From Eledone cirrhosa (lineage: Eukaryota), in assembly GCA_964016885.1 (NCBI GenBank), contig OZ024741.1, positions 269,700,001 to 269,764,000 on the forward strand: DNA of 64,000 nt, written 5' to 3'. The translations under genes were made by a program, and so were the position numbers. The notes below the pieces were generated by a model. That model saw only the letters and a program-made list of their open reading frames with translations, did no database searches and was not told the origin of the DNA. Shown in pieces: positions 40,648 through 54,556 of this stretch; the first letter of the stretch is position 1; every line of letters starts with the position of its first letter.

Positions 40648-40868
40648 CTTTCTCCCCCACCACTCTCTCTCTCTTTCTCCTCCACCTCTCTCTTTCTCTT
40701 TCTTCCCCACATATCTATGGCTTTCTCCCCACGTCTCACTCTCTTTCTCCCCCTTCTCTCTCTCTTTCGCCCCATCTCTTTCTCCCTTTCCCTCCATCTC
40801 TCGCTCTCTTTCTCCCCTACCTCTCTCTCACTCTCTCTCTTTCACCCCATCTCTCTCTCTCTTTTTCT

Positions 40869-40904
<36 letters not shown>

Positions 40905-41171
40905 GCCCCCTCTCTCTCTCTCTTTCACCCATCTCACTCTCTTTCTCGCCTTCTCTCTCTCTCTCTCTCTCTCTCTTTCGCCCCATCTCTCTCTCTCTCT
41001 TTCTCTCTTTCTCTCTTTCTCTCTTTCTCTCTTTCTCTCTTTCTCTCCATCTCTCTCTCTCTTTCTCCCCCACTTCACTCTCTTTTTCCCCTCTCTCTCT
41101 TTCTCTCCATCTCTCTCTCTCTTTCTCCTCTTCCTATCTCTCTCTCTCTCTCTCTCTCCTGCCCTCTCTCT
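40645..41171. repeat. (CT)-rich polypyrimidine tract
   Basis: Directly visible. Confidence 0.95.
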
Positions 41172-41521
41172 AAATCTGTTATGTTGCGCTGTGAGAATAA
41201 TCGTAAGTACTTCTCACAAGGTCTCTTGTCTCCAGAAATAGAGAAGAAGAAAGGAAGTGTTGAGTGGATTGCTATCAACCTCTCCTATATAAACCTTTAT
41301 GCTACTGAAACTGTCCAACGATTGTCTAATGTCCATTCAGTACAGCACGGAACGCTGATAATAAAATTCTCAAATCAAATCTCACGTTTATTGATCTTGC
41401 CTTTAAGAGGTGGGAATAGAGTGTGTCGGGTTAATTTAATCTCTACTATAGGCACAAGGCCAGTAATTTGGAGGGAGGAGGAAGTTGAGCTGGGGCTAAA
41501 TACTAATAGCAATTGAGCTAA

Positions 41522-41742
41522 ATTATGGTTTCTGATTTAGGCACAAGGCCAGCAATTTGGGGAGAGGGAAAAGTCGATTAAATCGACTCCAGTGCATTAC
41601 TGGTACTTTATTTTATTGATCATGTAAAGATGAAAGGCAAAGCTAACCTCGGCGAGATTTGAACCCAGAACGTAAAGGGACGAAACTATGCTGCGGAGCA
41701 TGACGTCCGACGTACTACTGATTCTGCCAATCCACCACCCTT
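41522..41742 (-). mobile_element. SINE (main family); further partial copy at 42001-42108
   Basis: Head-core-tail match. Confidence 0.85.
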
Positions 41743-41750
41743 AATATATG

Positions 41751-41969
41751 TACGAGGGGGCGTTGAAAAGTTTCTGGCTTAATCGCTGCTACAGAGGCCT
41801 GGCTGGAGGCTAAACCTTCCGAGTTCTTTTTATAGGGCTTAAAAAAACTAAAGGGCTGCAATAAGTGGGTGAATCTGAGAGGGGAGTATGTTGAATAAAA
41901 TCATAATTAACTGATCAGCCTGTATTTTCTTTTACACATAGCCAGGAACCTTTTCAGCACGCCCTCGTA
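41751..41969. mobile_element. Mariner-like MITE
   Basis: TIRs tacgagggggcgttgaaaagtttctggct / agccaggaaccttttcagcacgccctcgta. Confidence 0.85.
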
Positions 41970-42295
41970 TACATAGATACATGTGTGTGTGTGTGTGTGT
42001 GGCAAAGTTAACCTCGGCGGGATTTGAACTCAGATCTTAAAGGACCGTAACTCTTTGCTGCAAAGCATGGCGTCCGACGCTCTACCGATACTGCTAATCC
42101 ACCGCCCTTTGTGGTCAATAATGAAATCAGTTATTTCTAGCAGATCCAGTGATTAGGTAGATGTCTCCTCGTTCGATCGATTAGTTCATTCGCTACGCAG
42201 TTATCAAGTAAATATGTTTATCTAATTATTCAAGGATCGATAAATTTCTAGTTGAACAAGAAAAATAAACCGCAATTGTATCTAGCTGATAAATA

Positions 42296-42357
42296 ATGTT
42301 GATGATGATTATGGTGGCGTTGGTGGTGGGTGGTGGTGGTGGTGGTGGTGGTGGATG

Positions 42358-42389
<32 letters not shown>

Positions 42390-42710
42390 GGTGTTGTTGT
42401 TGTTGCTGTTGTTGTTGTTGGTGGTGGTGGTGGTGGTGGTGGTGGTGGTGGTGGGGTGGGGGGGGCTGTTGTTGGTGGTGGGTGGTGGTGGTGGTGGTGC
42501 TGTTGTTGGTGGTGGGTGGTGGTGGTGGTGGTGGTGGTGATGTTGTTGTTGTTGTTGGTGGTGGTGGTGCTGCTGCTGTTGTTGTTGGTGGTGGTGGTGG
42601 TGGTGCTGCTGCTGTTGTTGTTGTTGTTGGTGGTGGTGCTGTTGTTGTTGTTGGTGGTGGTGGTGTTGTTGTTGTTTATGGTGGTGCTGGTGGTGCTGCT
42701 GCTGTTGTTG

Positions 42711-42742
<32 letters not shown>

Positions 42743-42837
42743 GGTGGTGGAGGTGGTGATGTTGTTGTTGTTGTTATTGGTGGTGGTGGTGGTGGTGGTG
42801 CTGCTGTTGTTGTTGGTGGCGGTGGTGGTGCTGCTGC

Positions 42838-42868
<31 letters not shown>

Positions 42869-43112
42869 GGTGCTGCTGCTGTTGTTGTTGGTGGTGGTGG
42901 TGTTGTTGTTGTTTATGGTGGTGGTGGTGCTGCTGTTGTTGTTGTTGTTGTTGGTGGTGGTGGTGATGTTGTTGTTGTTGTTATTGGTGGTGGTGGTGGT
43001 GCTGCTGTTGTTGTTGGTGGCGGTGGTGGTGCTGCTGCTGTTGTTGTTGTTGTTGGTGGTGGTGATAGTGGTGCTGTTGTTGTTGTTGTTGGTGGTGGTG
43101 GTGTTGTTGTTG

Positions 43113-43144
<32 letters not shown>

Positions 43145-43185
43145 GGTGGTGGTGGTGGTGCTGTTGTTGTTGTTGTTGGTGGTGG

Positions 43186-43216
<31 letters not shown>

Positions 43217-43365
43217 GCTGCTGCTGTTGTTGTTGTTGGTGGTGGTGATGATGGTCTTAGTGGTGGGGGTGGTGGTTGTGGTGGTGGTGTTGGCGGTGGT
43301 GGTTGTGGTGGTTGTGGTTGTGGTGATATTGATGATGATGATGATGATGATGATGTTGGCGATTA
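42296..43365. repeat. Compound (GGT)/(GTT)/(GCT) repeat with higher-order blocks
   Basis: Directly visible. Confidence 0.95.
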
Positions 43366-43679
43366 TTAGGGTGCTGAATGACTGATAATTTTAATGTTAC
43401 TCTTCATATTGATAATTTAGACATTATAACGTTTAGAGGAAAAATAATTAACAGATAACTGATCCCAATTGAAAAATCAGGTTTAACAAATTAATTATCG
43501 CTGCCAACTCACACGTGGAACCGACCCCACTCAACTCTACCAGATCAACTGGAATTCACACCAGTTGAAAAACATAGAATACAAAACAAAACAGGAAAAA
43601 AAACCCTCTAGAAACATGTTTGCCCAAGTCAAGAAACTGATAAAGTGAGTACCCAAACAATTAGACCCCATCATTAAAC

Positions 43680-44210
43680 AATGGCTTCTGGTTTAGGCAC
43701 GGGGCTGATAATTCTTTTGAGGAGAAGTCGATTAAATCGACCCCAGTGCATTACTGGTTCTTTATTTTATCGACCCCATAAAGATGAAATGCAAGGTTAA
43801 CCTCAATAATAATATTTTCCATTATAGGCACAAGGCCAACAATTTTGGGGAAGGAGAAATTCACTTAGATCGACCCCAGTGCGTTACTGGTACTGTATTT
43901 TATCGACCCCGTAAGAATGAAAGGCAAAGCCAACCTCGGCGGAATTTGAACGCGGAACGTAAAGAAACGTAACTATATGTCGCAAAACACAGTGTCCGAC
44001 ACCCTACCGATACTGCCAATTAAATAATTGTTTCTACTTTTCGCACAAGGCCAGCAATTACCCAGTGTATTACTGGTACTTTATTTTATCGACCCCGTAA
44101 GGATGAAAGACAAAGTTAACCTCGGCGGGATTTGAACTCAGAATGGCAAGGGCCGTAACTCTATGCGTCAAAGCATGGCGTCCGACCCTCTACCGATACT
44201 GCCAATCCAC
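43680..44210 (-). mobile_element. Three tandem SINE copies, the youngest with a 17-bp TSD
   Basis: actgccaattaaataat at 44012-44028 and 44209-44225. Confidence 0.9.
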
Positions 44211-44416
44211 TGCCAATTAAATAATACACACTTGACAAGTCTATAAAAGAGCCTCTACATAAGGGCAAAACGTTGTCTGCATTTAAATCAGAAACATCTC
44301 GCTGATGACGTTTCCGAAACCCTATCACCCTCATCACCACAACATGAAGGAGACGGTTTAAGTTTTAAGACCAAAACGGTAATTTAATATAAAGTACATA
44401 GGTGCATGCATATAGT

Positions 44417-45091
44417 TGTGACTCATAGGGGTGCCGTAGAAGCACTGTATTGACACACGGCGTTTCTTGGGCATTTTGAAACCTGGCAGATCCCCATCTA
44501 TTCTCCAGGCCTGAATACAGCAGATTTATTCCAGAGAAGGATAGAGAGAGTGGGTGTGAGAAAGAAATATAGAGGAAGAATCGAACCCGGTACTATACTG
44601 GTACATTTTATCAACCTCGAAAGGATGAAAGGCAAAATTGACGTTGGCAGGATTAAACTCAGAGAGCGGAGAGCTGAAACGAATAGTGTAGAATATTCTA
44701 TCCGACGTTCTAACGACTCTGCCATTTCGCCGCCTAAAGTACATAAATAGGAATTTATGTAATAAAATGTTAGATTCGTTCTTGTTTACACCTACACCCC
44801 GACGTATCATTGTGTACTTGTAATTCGCTCATGTTACTAGAAAAGTTCCCACCCGCTCTACGAGACCTATTAAGCTTCTAGATATAGCAGCACATATGTT
44901 ACCAGAAGGCGGCAAATTGGCAGAGTCGTTAGAACGTCGGATAGAATGCTTGGCAGTATTCATTCCAACTCTCTGAGTTCAAATCCCGCCGAAATCAACT
45001 TTGCCTTTCATCCTTTTGAGGTCGATAAAAAAACGTATTAGTCCTGTTCTTGAGTCAATTCTTCCTCTATATCTCTTTGTTACTTCCATTC

Positions 45092-45144
<53 letters not shown>

Positions 45145-45280
45145 TACATACCCACATTATCCTTCTCTGGAAGAAATCAGCTGTGTTCAGACCTGGAGAG
45201 GGATGAGCTCCGCCAAGTTTTAAATGTCCAAGAAACTCCGTATATGGTGCCCCTACGACTCCAACAGGAATTACGAGACT
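44417..45280. mobile_element. Head-to-head pair of long-tail SINE subfamily copies (44417-44735 minus; 44907-45280 plus)
   Basis: Shared head ggcg..attggcagagtcgttagaacgtcggatagaat, core and extended tail. Confidence 0.8.
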
Positions 45281-45645
45281 ATCATCACCATCACCATCAT
45301 CATCATCAAATTACTTGATCTCCCCCCACCCCCACCCCACCCCCACCCACCCACTAACCCCGTTTTCTACGAGTTCAACGAAGCTTATGCATATAACAGT
45401 ATATATCGCTTTCAAATAAAATCCTACCTTAAAACAAAAGATGAATGAATACATTGAAGGAAGTAGTACCGGATATGTTGTGTCTAAATAAAAGACGGGA
45501 TTTTTTTCATTGCTGTAACACTTTTGACCTTACCACTATCGATCTACTCAATCAGGACTGACACACGACTAAAGAAAAACACTTAACAATAAATACGATT
45601 TATCTTCCTTCGGATGGATTCTTTTCTGATACTAGAACTCTCAGA

Positions 45646-46375
45646 CTGAATAAATAAACATGGTAGACGTAAGTGAAACAATGAAACAACAACTGAGGCT
45701 CTGCGTGGTCAATCAACCAGCCAGAAATAGCAGCCAAATCTCCCTCAAACTGAATAAATCAACATGGTAGACGTAAGTGAAACAATGAAACAACAACTGA
45801 GGCTCTGCGTGGTCAATCAACCAGCCAGAAATAGCAGCCAAATCTCCCTCAAACTGAATAAATCAACATGGTAGACGTAAGTGAAACAATGAAACAACAA
45901 CTGAGGCTCTGCGTGGTCAATCAACCAGCCAGAAATAGCAGCCAAATCTCCCTCAAACTGAATAAATCAACATGGTAGACGTAAGTGAAACAATGAAACA
46001 ACAACTGAGGCTCTACGTGGTCAATCTACCAGCCAGAAATAACAGCCAAATCTCCCTCAGACTGAATAAATAAATATGATAGACGTTAAGTGAAACAATG
46101 AAACAACGACTGAGGCTCTACGTGGTCAATCTACCAGCCAGAAATAGCAGCCAAATCTCCCTCAGACTGAATAAATAAACATGGTAGACGTAAGTAAAAC
46201 AATGAAACATCGATTGAGGCTCTACGTGGTCAATCTACCAGCCAGAAATAGCAGCCAAATCTCCCCCAGAATGACTAAATAAATATTATAGACGTCAGAC
46301 ACTTTAACTGTAAGTGAAACAACGACTGAGGCGCACGTGATCAATCGAGAAGCTAGAAATAGCAGCCAAATCTCT
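45646..46375. repeat. 104-bp tandem repeat, about 7 units
   Basis: Unit starts at 45646, 45750, 45854, 45958, 46062 and onward. Confidence 0.95.
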
Positions 46376-46520
46376 ATTATATTACATCTTACTATTTAAA
46401 AGTATAGTAGAAAAGATATATTGAATTGAGTAATACTAAATACATTTTAATTATAGATATGTTTGAAAGTTGGAGCTAAACATCAGCTAAATCAATCATA
46501 ATACCCAACAGACATAAATA

Positions 46521-47128
46521 TACGAGTGTCGGCTGAAAAGTACGTAGGCTGACCAAGATACTCTCATGGAATGACCAAATGAGGTTTATTTTTCAACATA
46601 GTCCTTGAAAAGAAACAATACATTTATTCATTAAAAAAGTTGAAAATTAATGCATGCAAGATTCCACAGCTCTAACATCACTCCTTCATAGTCAGACTAT
46701 TAACTGTTCAGCCCACCCTTGTGTGTGTATATATATATATGAATCCCGGGTTCAATCGGGAGTAACCAAAGTTAGTAAGGTACTCAATACATTAGTAGAG
46801 TGTAAACATCATATTTAATATAGAAATGGCTTCTACAGGACTAGAACTGTTTCTTTTGAATGAAACATTTCTAGTCCTGTAGAAGCCATTTCTATATTAA
46901 ACACGATATATATACGTATAAATATAGGAGTGTCGGCTGAAAAGTTCATAGGCTGACCAAGATACTCTCTTGGAATGACCAAATGAGGTTTATTTTTCAA
47001 CATAGTCATTGGAATGAAACAATGCAGTTATTAGTAAGAAGAATTGAAATTAATGTCTGCAAGATTTCACAGCTCTAGCGTTACTCCTTCATAGTCAGCC
47101 TATAAACTATTTAGCCGAACCTTCGTAT
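46521..47128. mobile_element. Two copies of a ~200-bp mariner-like MITE (46521-46722, 46924-47128) flanking a fold-back element
   Basis: TIR gagtgtcggctgaaaagt..taggctgac / gtcagcctataaacta..agccgaaccttcgta. Confidence 0.8.
46741..46905. mobile_element. Fold-back pLTR-like element in (AT)n
   Basis: Arms 46814-46853 / 46862-46901; same family as 48607-48798. Confidence 0.8.
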
Positions 47129-47763
47129 TACGCATACAGTCTAGTGTATCAACTGCTTGACTAGACAAACATGTTAGCAAAGTTGACATTAAACAGAAAC
47201 ACAACATCCAATCATAAAACCATCACTAATTATGTTACAAAAACGTGAAGAGATAAAAGGAGAAGAGTATTCATCTCTTTTGGAGACTTTTAATTAAAGA
47301 AATTGCGTTTAGTGGAACCTCTCTACCTACTTTATCTTTCTTTAAATGAGTAGATATCATCTCTATATGATCGATTTCTGGAGCCTGTATTTTGGAATTT
47401 AATTTTCACAGTTAAACATTAGCGAAAGACTGTTCAAAGAAGGATACCATTGTAATGCCACCGTATTCAGTTTACACTTTACAGTTTACAGTCTACAGTT
47501 TGTCTTCAGAAGAACCGAATGAAACTTCCGTTATGTAACATAGCATCCGTTTTCTGAGAATCAATGCAAATATAAAAGTTTGTGCTTTTATGCAGTGCTG
47601 GTTAGGGCAATTAATTATTCCTGTCGTTTCAACCGTTGGCACGCCAGTGCAAAAGGTTTTCACCATCAAAAGTATTTGTAGGGAGCATTTGCATTAGACC
47701 GAGATATTGATCCACTAACAGAAGTTGTCTTACATCTTCGATTTAATGATAGCCTTAAGTAGT

Positions 47764-47853
<90 letters not shown>

Positions 47854-48004
47854 CCTTTCTCTCGCTTTCTCTCTCTCTCTGTCTCTCCTTCTTTATCTCT
47901 ATCTCAATCACTCTTTCATTCTCTCTGTCTCTTTCTCTGGTTTAACATATTTTAGCAAAAGAACTACTATGTCAGTATGAGTATATATATATATATATAT
48001 ATAT

Positions 48005-48069
<65 letters not shown>

Positions 48070-48365
48070 TGTGTATAGGTACTCATACTGATACTACAAG
48101 AGTTCTTTACTTATATATATGTTACACGCGTACATATATATATGTATATATATGTATATATATACATATATATATATATATGTATATATATATGTATATA
48201 TATATATATATATATCATTTAACCATCTTTTGATCTTATATATTATGTATACTCCAGTCCTACAAACTGTAGAGTGCTTCTTATCCGATATCTGCATTGC
48301 TTTATTGTACTACAATAAAACTCACCTCCTATATATATATATGTGTGTGTGTATATATATATATA

Positions 48366-48407
<42 letters not shown>

Positions 48408-48416
48408 TATATATAT

Positions 48417-48511
<95 letters not shown>

Positions 48512-48535
48512 TATATACATATATCTATCTATCTA

Positions 48536-48587
<52 letters not shown>

Positions 48588-48606
48588 TAGATAGATAGAT
48601 ATGTGT

Positions 48607-48797
48607 AGCCTGGGTTCAATCGGAGTTAACCACAGTAAGTAAGGTACTCAATACATAACAGAGTATAAATATTTAATATAGAAATGGCTTCTACAGGACT
48701 AGAACTGTTTCATTCGAAGTAAATCATCAGTAAAACCTGATGATTTGCTTCGAATGAAAGAGTTCTAGTCCTGTAGAAGCCATTTCTATATTAAATA

Positions 48798-48798
<1 letters not shown>
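48607..48798. mobile_element. Fold-back pLTR-like element with two back-to-back hammerhead motifs (48699-48733 minus, 48737-48768 plus)
   Basis: Arms 48669-48730 / 48737-48798; CTGATGA..GAAA..TC on each arm. Confidence 0.8.
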
Positions 48799-48840
<42 letters not shown>

Positions 48841-49923
48841 GAGAGCGTGTGTGTGTGTGTATGCATGTATGTGTGTGTGTGTATCTATATATGTATGTAT
48901 GCTTATATATTACTATGACTGTATACAGAAAGAACTCATTTACAACATTTAATTCTACTGTTGCTTTGCTTTTCCTTGATTTTATGTTGGCAATGTTTAT
49001 CAATCTCGTTTGGTTTCCTTGTAAATAGCCATGTGAACATTAACTCTTTCAACTTACTCGCTGGTTAAAATCATAAGAACTCAGCAAAGAATTCCTTCAT
49101 ACAATTCAGCCACAAAGACTTTCAAACGCTACTGTTACAAAGAAATCTGTGAGAAAAATCTGCAGATAGGCAGCTTAATGTTAACTCTTTTGATCACCGA
49201 CTAGTTAAAATGTACTCTTGATAAATATGGAGGTTTGTGTTCGATCCCACTGCATGGCACCGTGAGTAGTTAAATGTCTTCTACTGTAAGCTCGAGTCAA
49301 CCACCAAACCATTTGTGTGGAGTTAGATGGTTTGGGCTTATAATTGAAAACTTAGTCTTGCGACACACACACACATACACGCGCGACAACTCTGATTCTG
49401 CCTAAAGATCGTGTTTTGGGTGCAAATGTCTGTGGAATACTCAGCCACTTACACAATAATTCAATGAGTAAGTAGTACAAACGATCGACCAATTGACATA
49501 TTCATCATTGAGAACTAAAATAGTCTGTCTCGAACTCGGAGACAAGAAACATGCACAGATTTTTTTTTAAATACTTCGTCAACGTTCACACGATGTGTTT
49601 GGAAATCAACGTGGTTTGGTTTACAAAGTAAGTTTGACATATGCCAAGAAAGTTATCTATTATCAACATCAACTTGGACCGGAATATCGTAACATTTTTA
49701 CAAGGCAACTTCACCCAGCAGAGTGTTTTGATACTAATTAATATGTGGAAGAATTATATCAACACAGGTCTTAGTGGGGTACATAGATGGCGGAAACCTC
49801 CGGATTACGGAAGCACACTTTATAAAAGAACTACTTAAAGCCTATCCCTAACCGCCAGGATGAGTTGGACCGATTAAAATATTTTCTAAAGTTTTTCCGA
49901 ACAGTGAGAGTGATCGAACTCAT

Positions 49924-50450
49924 CATCATCATTATGTTCCGGGGACTGGTGCAGCCAGTCGTTGGGGCGCCCCTCTAAGCTTTTGCTGTCAGTTGTTGCC
50001 ATTACTCTTTATTCACCGTCATGTGTAGAAGCGTGCCTGTCTTGTGACTAGTCAAGTCTTTGATGTTGTCGGAGCAGGATTTTCTTTGCCTACCCTTTCT
50101 TCGTCCTCCCTCGACAGTACCCTGAAGGATGATTTTGGACAAGGAGTTGTGGCGGGATATATGACCTTACCAGGCAAGTGCCTGTCTTTTCTCTCTTGCA
50201 AGGAGTGTTTCCTGTCTGTCAGCATATTTGTTAACTGTTACAGACCTGTCAATTCTCCCTGTCCGACGGGGAGATCTCCCACCCACTTTGTGATGGATGA
50301 GAAATGTCTTCTCTTGTGAAAATGGGTATAGCTTTCATTATGTAAAATCTCCCTATTTTACCTCATTTCTCCCCGTTTGGGGCACTTTTTATCATGGTAA
50401 ACCCCGTTTGAATTTTTAGAGGTTGGCAGGTCTGCTGTTAACTTGTTGCA
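49924..50450 (-). mobile_element. RTE 3' fragment with a 13-bp TSD
   Basis: GHISRHNSLSKIILQGTVEGGRRKGRQRKS; tgatcgaactcat at 49911-49923 and 50451-50463. Confidence 0.85.
50241..50434. mobile_element. MITE nested in the RTE fragment, with a 6-bp TSD
   Basis: TIR cagacctgtcaa / ttggcaggtctg; ctgtta on both sides. Confidence 0.8.
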
Positions 50451-50834
50451 TGATCGAACTCATGATTTCACAATACACCATGTTATTGATATAAAGACAA
50501 TTATACAGACAACACTACATATTGTGGATTTCAACAGTGAAGGCGTTCATATTTCAATGTTAACAACTTACCCACTAACAAAACTCTCTAAACCTATAGT
50601 TATTTGTTAGTAAATTTAATTAAATTTAATTTCATTTCCCCTATTCACGTTATTTCACTATTTCATTGTGTACATGTCATGTCTCTCAATATATCTCTCT
50701 ATTCATCTATCACCTTACATACTTTATTCTAAAATCCTGTCCACTTCACATATCTACCGAATTCTCTATCTCCACTCCACCTATTTCTAAACAGCTACAT
50801 ATCTGTCTTTATAATTATGTATATGTAAATATAC

Positions 50835-50867
<33 letters not shown>

Positions 50868-50888
50868 ATATATATACATATACACACG

Positions 50889-51058
<170 letters not shown>

Positions 51059-51099
51059 CGATATTAAACAAATGGAAACTATATTTATAAAACCATATT

Positions 51100-51165
51100 T
51101 ATTTCATTATACATATTTCAGGGATACCATATTAAAAATATGGCATGCCTTCTTCAGATAAAATA
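51100..51165 (-). ncRNA. Type I hammerhead ribozyme in fold-back element 51058-51407
   Basis: tattttat-CTGAAGA-agg c atgccatatt[ttt]aatatggtat c cct-GAAA-tatgta-TA-atgaaata. Confidence 0.88.
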
Positions 51166-51403
51166 CAATATATAAGCAGTTTTATAAATAAATTTGACGT
51201 ACCATAAAATATTGAACAACTTCCATTTAAAAAAGTTGGTTTGGTATGGTATCCCTGAAATATGTATAATGAAATAAATATGGTTTTATAAATATAGTTT
51301 CCATTTGTTTAATATCGTATATCGACTCCAAAACTTATTGAGTGCTTTATATCAGTTATAAAATATTTACTCGTTGTAACCCAACAATTTTAAATAAAAC
51401 TTT

Positions 51404-51443
<40 letters not shown>

Positions 51444-51485
51444 CGAAAACATAAGTCAATTGCATGAACTCATAATCCTTTATTT

Positions 51486-51541
51486 ACTGCTATATATATT
51501 TCGATGATAGCCATTGAATGGCTATGACCTCATCAGGCAGT
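51486..51541 (-). ncRNA. Type I hammerhead ribozyme in element 51440-51975
   Basis: actgc-CTGATGA-ggt c atagccatt c aatggctat c atc-GAAA-tatata-TA-gcagt. Confidence 0.9.
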
Positions 51542-51971
51542 TAGTTAGTTCTTAGATATGCCAGCTCTGTGTTTATAGTGTTGATGGTATCATAGCCTTG
51601 GGACATATGAGCTTGTTAGGAATAATTTAATGTTGTAAGCAGGAATAGTCTTAATTCTCATTGGTCGGTTTGTAGGTGGTAGTAGGGTTGGTATTTGACC
51701 TTAAAGAGGCAGGTGGTGTTGTAAAGTTCAAACCGTCAGGCAAGATGACAATAGTTCCATATGACTGATTGTCACACAAAGCATTCCTGGTCAGATATAT
51801 ATTCAATTAAGGTTAATAGTATGAAATAGATACTACAGGTCATTCTTAAATTGAGGAATTTATGTGGAGTGGTGCTACTGAAAATGATGGTTAGAGTAGA
51901 AAATTTACTTATGTAGGTTGGCTTTCACGTACAATCACACCCACCTCCACAGACACACATACAAATTGAGG

Positions 51972-52031
<60 letters not shown>

Positions 52032-52758
52032 GTATATATAATATATATACATATTCACACACACACACATATATATATGTATATATATATATAGACTAGC
52101 GATTAACCAGTTAAATTTTGGGGATTTGTTTAGTTAATTCTATTGACTGATTAATCGCTTAAGTTTATTTTAAAAACTACTCGGTCGAGAGCTGAATTCG
52201 TTTTGTGCTATTTTTGCAAATTTTTGCAATAACTACACATACTGAATTCATTGGCCAAAATAGGGGTTTTCTCCCCTTAGAACCTCACATGTGCTTTCAT
52301 AACCTGTGAGATGCTGGCCCATGAAGAACAAAATGCCTGTTGAGAAAGTGATATCCTTGTTCGATCATTATACCAAAAGCTTATTATTTTTTTTATAAGC
52401 AGGCAGTATTATTGATTTAGGTGTCGCAGAAACCCTATATCGGAGTATACCATCTTCCCCAAGGGTCCAGGTAACTATTTCAATCATATCTTATTTTGTT
52501 TGACCCGTTTAGCTTGTTCTTTTGGCTTAGGTGATTAATGGCTTCTTAACCATCGTCTCAGTTTTGTATGACCTTTTAAACTTATGTTTATAGCTCTGAT
52601 ATCTTCATATCCATTGAGCGCTTGTCTGCACAATACAGAAATGCGATTCTCGCTAAATTTATATTTGTATATATATATATAAATATATATATATATACAT
52701 ATACATATACATATATATACATATATACATATCTATATATATATATATACATATATAT

Positions 52759-52790
<32 letters not shown>

Positions 52791-52844
52791 CTCTTAAACA
52801 ATTTTACCATTTCTAGCCGTCATATAAATAAATACACATCATAT

Positions 52845-52891
<47 letters not shown>

Positions 52892-52959
52892 TCTTTTACT
52901 CTTTTACCTGTTTCAGCCATCCGGCTGTCCCCTCAAACTATCTTATTTTTCATTCTTTC

Positions 52960-52991
52960 TTCTGATGAAGGACTAGCTTCCGAAACGTTAA
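52960..52991 (+). ncRNA. Ultra-minimal hammerhead variant
   Basis: tt-CTGATGA-a-gga[ctagct]tcc-GAAA-cg-TT-aa; downstream caagcgt.aaccta shared with the 13505-13695 element. Confidence 0.6.
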
Positions 52992-53179
52992 CACCCTCTT
53001 CCTGCTATATCAAGCGTTAACCTAATATATCCCTTCTATATAATGTACCGATTGTGTTGTTATTTCTGTTTACCTTTTACATATATATATATTTATATAT
53101 ATATATATGTGTGTGGTGCGTGTGTGTAGAGAGAGAGAGGGAGTAGGAGAGGGATAAAGAGGGAGAGAGAGAGTGTTTT

Positions 53180-53450
53180 GTGTGGAGGCACGTGTCCTAG
53201 TGGTAAGTGTGTCGGACTTAATTATCATAAATCGTGGGTTCGATTCATGGGTTGTGTGTTGTGTTCTTGAGCAAAACACTTCATTTCACATATATTCAGC
53301 TGAAAATGAGTACCAGCAATAGCTGGGGTTTAACTCTGCGATAGACTGGCGTCCTGTCCAGGGGGGAGTCTTGTACTCTCAGTCGTTTCACGCCATGAAA
53401 CCGGGAGAAGCACCTGCCAAACGTGCTTTCTGGCTTAAGACAGACTTTAC
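53180..53450 (+). mobile_element. tRNA-derived SINE with V/Meta-like domain
   Basis: A and B boxes, gtgttcttgagcaaaacact centre, 3' part matches 28372-28535. Confidence 0.75.
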
Positions 53451-53865
53451 ACTTAGATCTATATATATTAACATACATAAGAATATATTCTACACATTTT
53501 TATGTGGACATGTATATATATTTATAGAGATAGCGGAGGGGGTAGATAGATAGATAACTTAGTAGGTAGAGAGATGTAGATATAGATATATAAACATATG
53601 TACATATATAAGAATATAATCTTTCTACTATAGGAATATATGTTCCAAATTATAATACATACATATATAAATATATATATGTATATACATCCATATATGC
53701 ATATATACATACATATATATATATATATATATGTAGAAGTTATATTTAATTTGTTGGGATACAACAAGCAAATATTTTTATAACTGATATAAAGCACTCA
53801 ACAAATTTTGGGAGTAAAAATAACAATATATTCACAAATGGAAACTATATTTATAAAACCATATT

Positions 53866-53930
53866 TATTTCATTATACATATTTCAAGGACACCAAAGCA
53901 AATTATGGTCCGCTTTCATTAGATAAAATA
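53866..53930 (-). ncRNA. Decayed hammerhead (core CTAATGA), same family as 51100, in element 53733-54005
   Basis: tattttat-CTAATGA-aag c..c ctt-GAAA-tatgta-TA-atgaaata. Confidence 0.65.
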
Positions 53931-54023
53931 TAATATAGATCAGTTTTATAAACAAATATTGACATAGCCTTAAAGAATGCGACCATGTCGGTTGGAAGCT
54001 CCCGGATATATATATATATAAAC

Positions 54024-54103
<80 letters not shown>

Positions 54104-54434
54104 ATGTATATATAAATTTGTAGCAGAGCGAGTGGTATGTATAAAAAAAACAGCTACAGTTATAAATAGGAGGTGTACATGAAGTACATGTATAGAATGA
54201 AAACTCTCCTTCATCCGAGAATCTAATTAAGTTATCTGTAAATATTATTTACAGAAGAAAAAAATGTATACCTATCTAAAATTCCATTTATAAATGGAAA
54301 AGATGGAAAGAAGAGAATTGAGGAAAATAAGAAGATGGCAGGATATGTTGAGAAAATATTTGAAAAGTTGGTATCAGAAAATAGAAAATGTATATAATAC
54401 TTGTATAGTACTTCTAGTGAGATAAAAAGGTGTA

Positions 54435-54499
<65 letters not shown>

Positions 54500-54556
54500 G
54501 GGGGGGGGCATAGAGACTGACAGACAGGTAGACGGGTAGGTAGGTAGGTAGATAGA

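Noticed and set aside
42296-43385. Gly/Val/Ala-rich 357-aa ORF resembling a structural protein
   Set aside because: Pure GNT trinucleotide slippage, open in multiple frames, with frame-shifted poly-C/W segments and almost no synonymous variation.
44299-44326. CTGATGA-cgtttcc-GAAA hammerhead-like string
   Set aside because: Helix II is 1 bp, there is no convincing helix I or III, and no (AT)n or family context.
45646-46375. CRISPR-like appearance of regular repeats
   Set aside because: Whole units repeat with no unique spacers; eukaryotic context and no cas genes.
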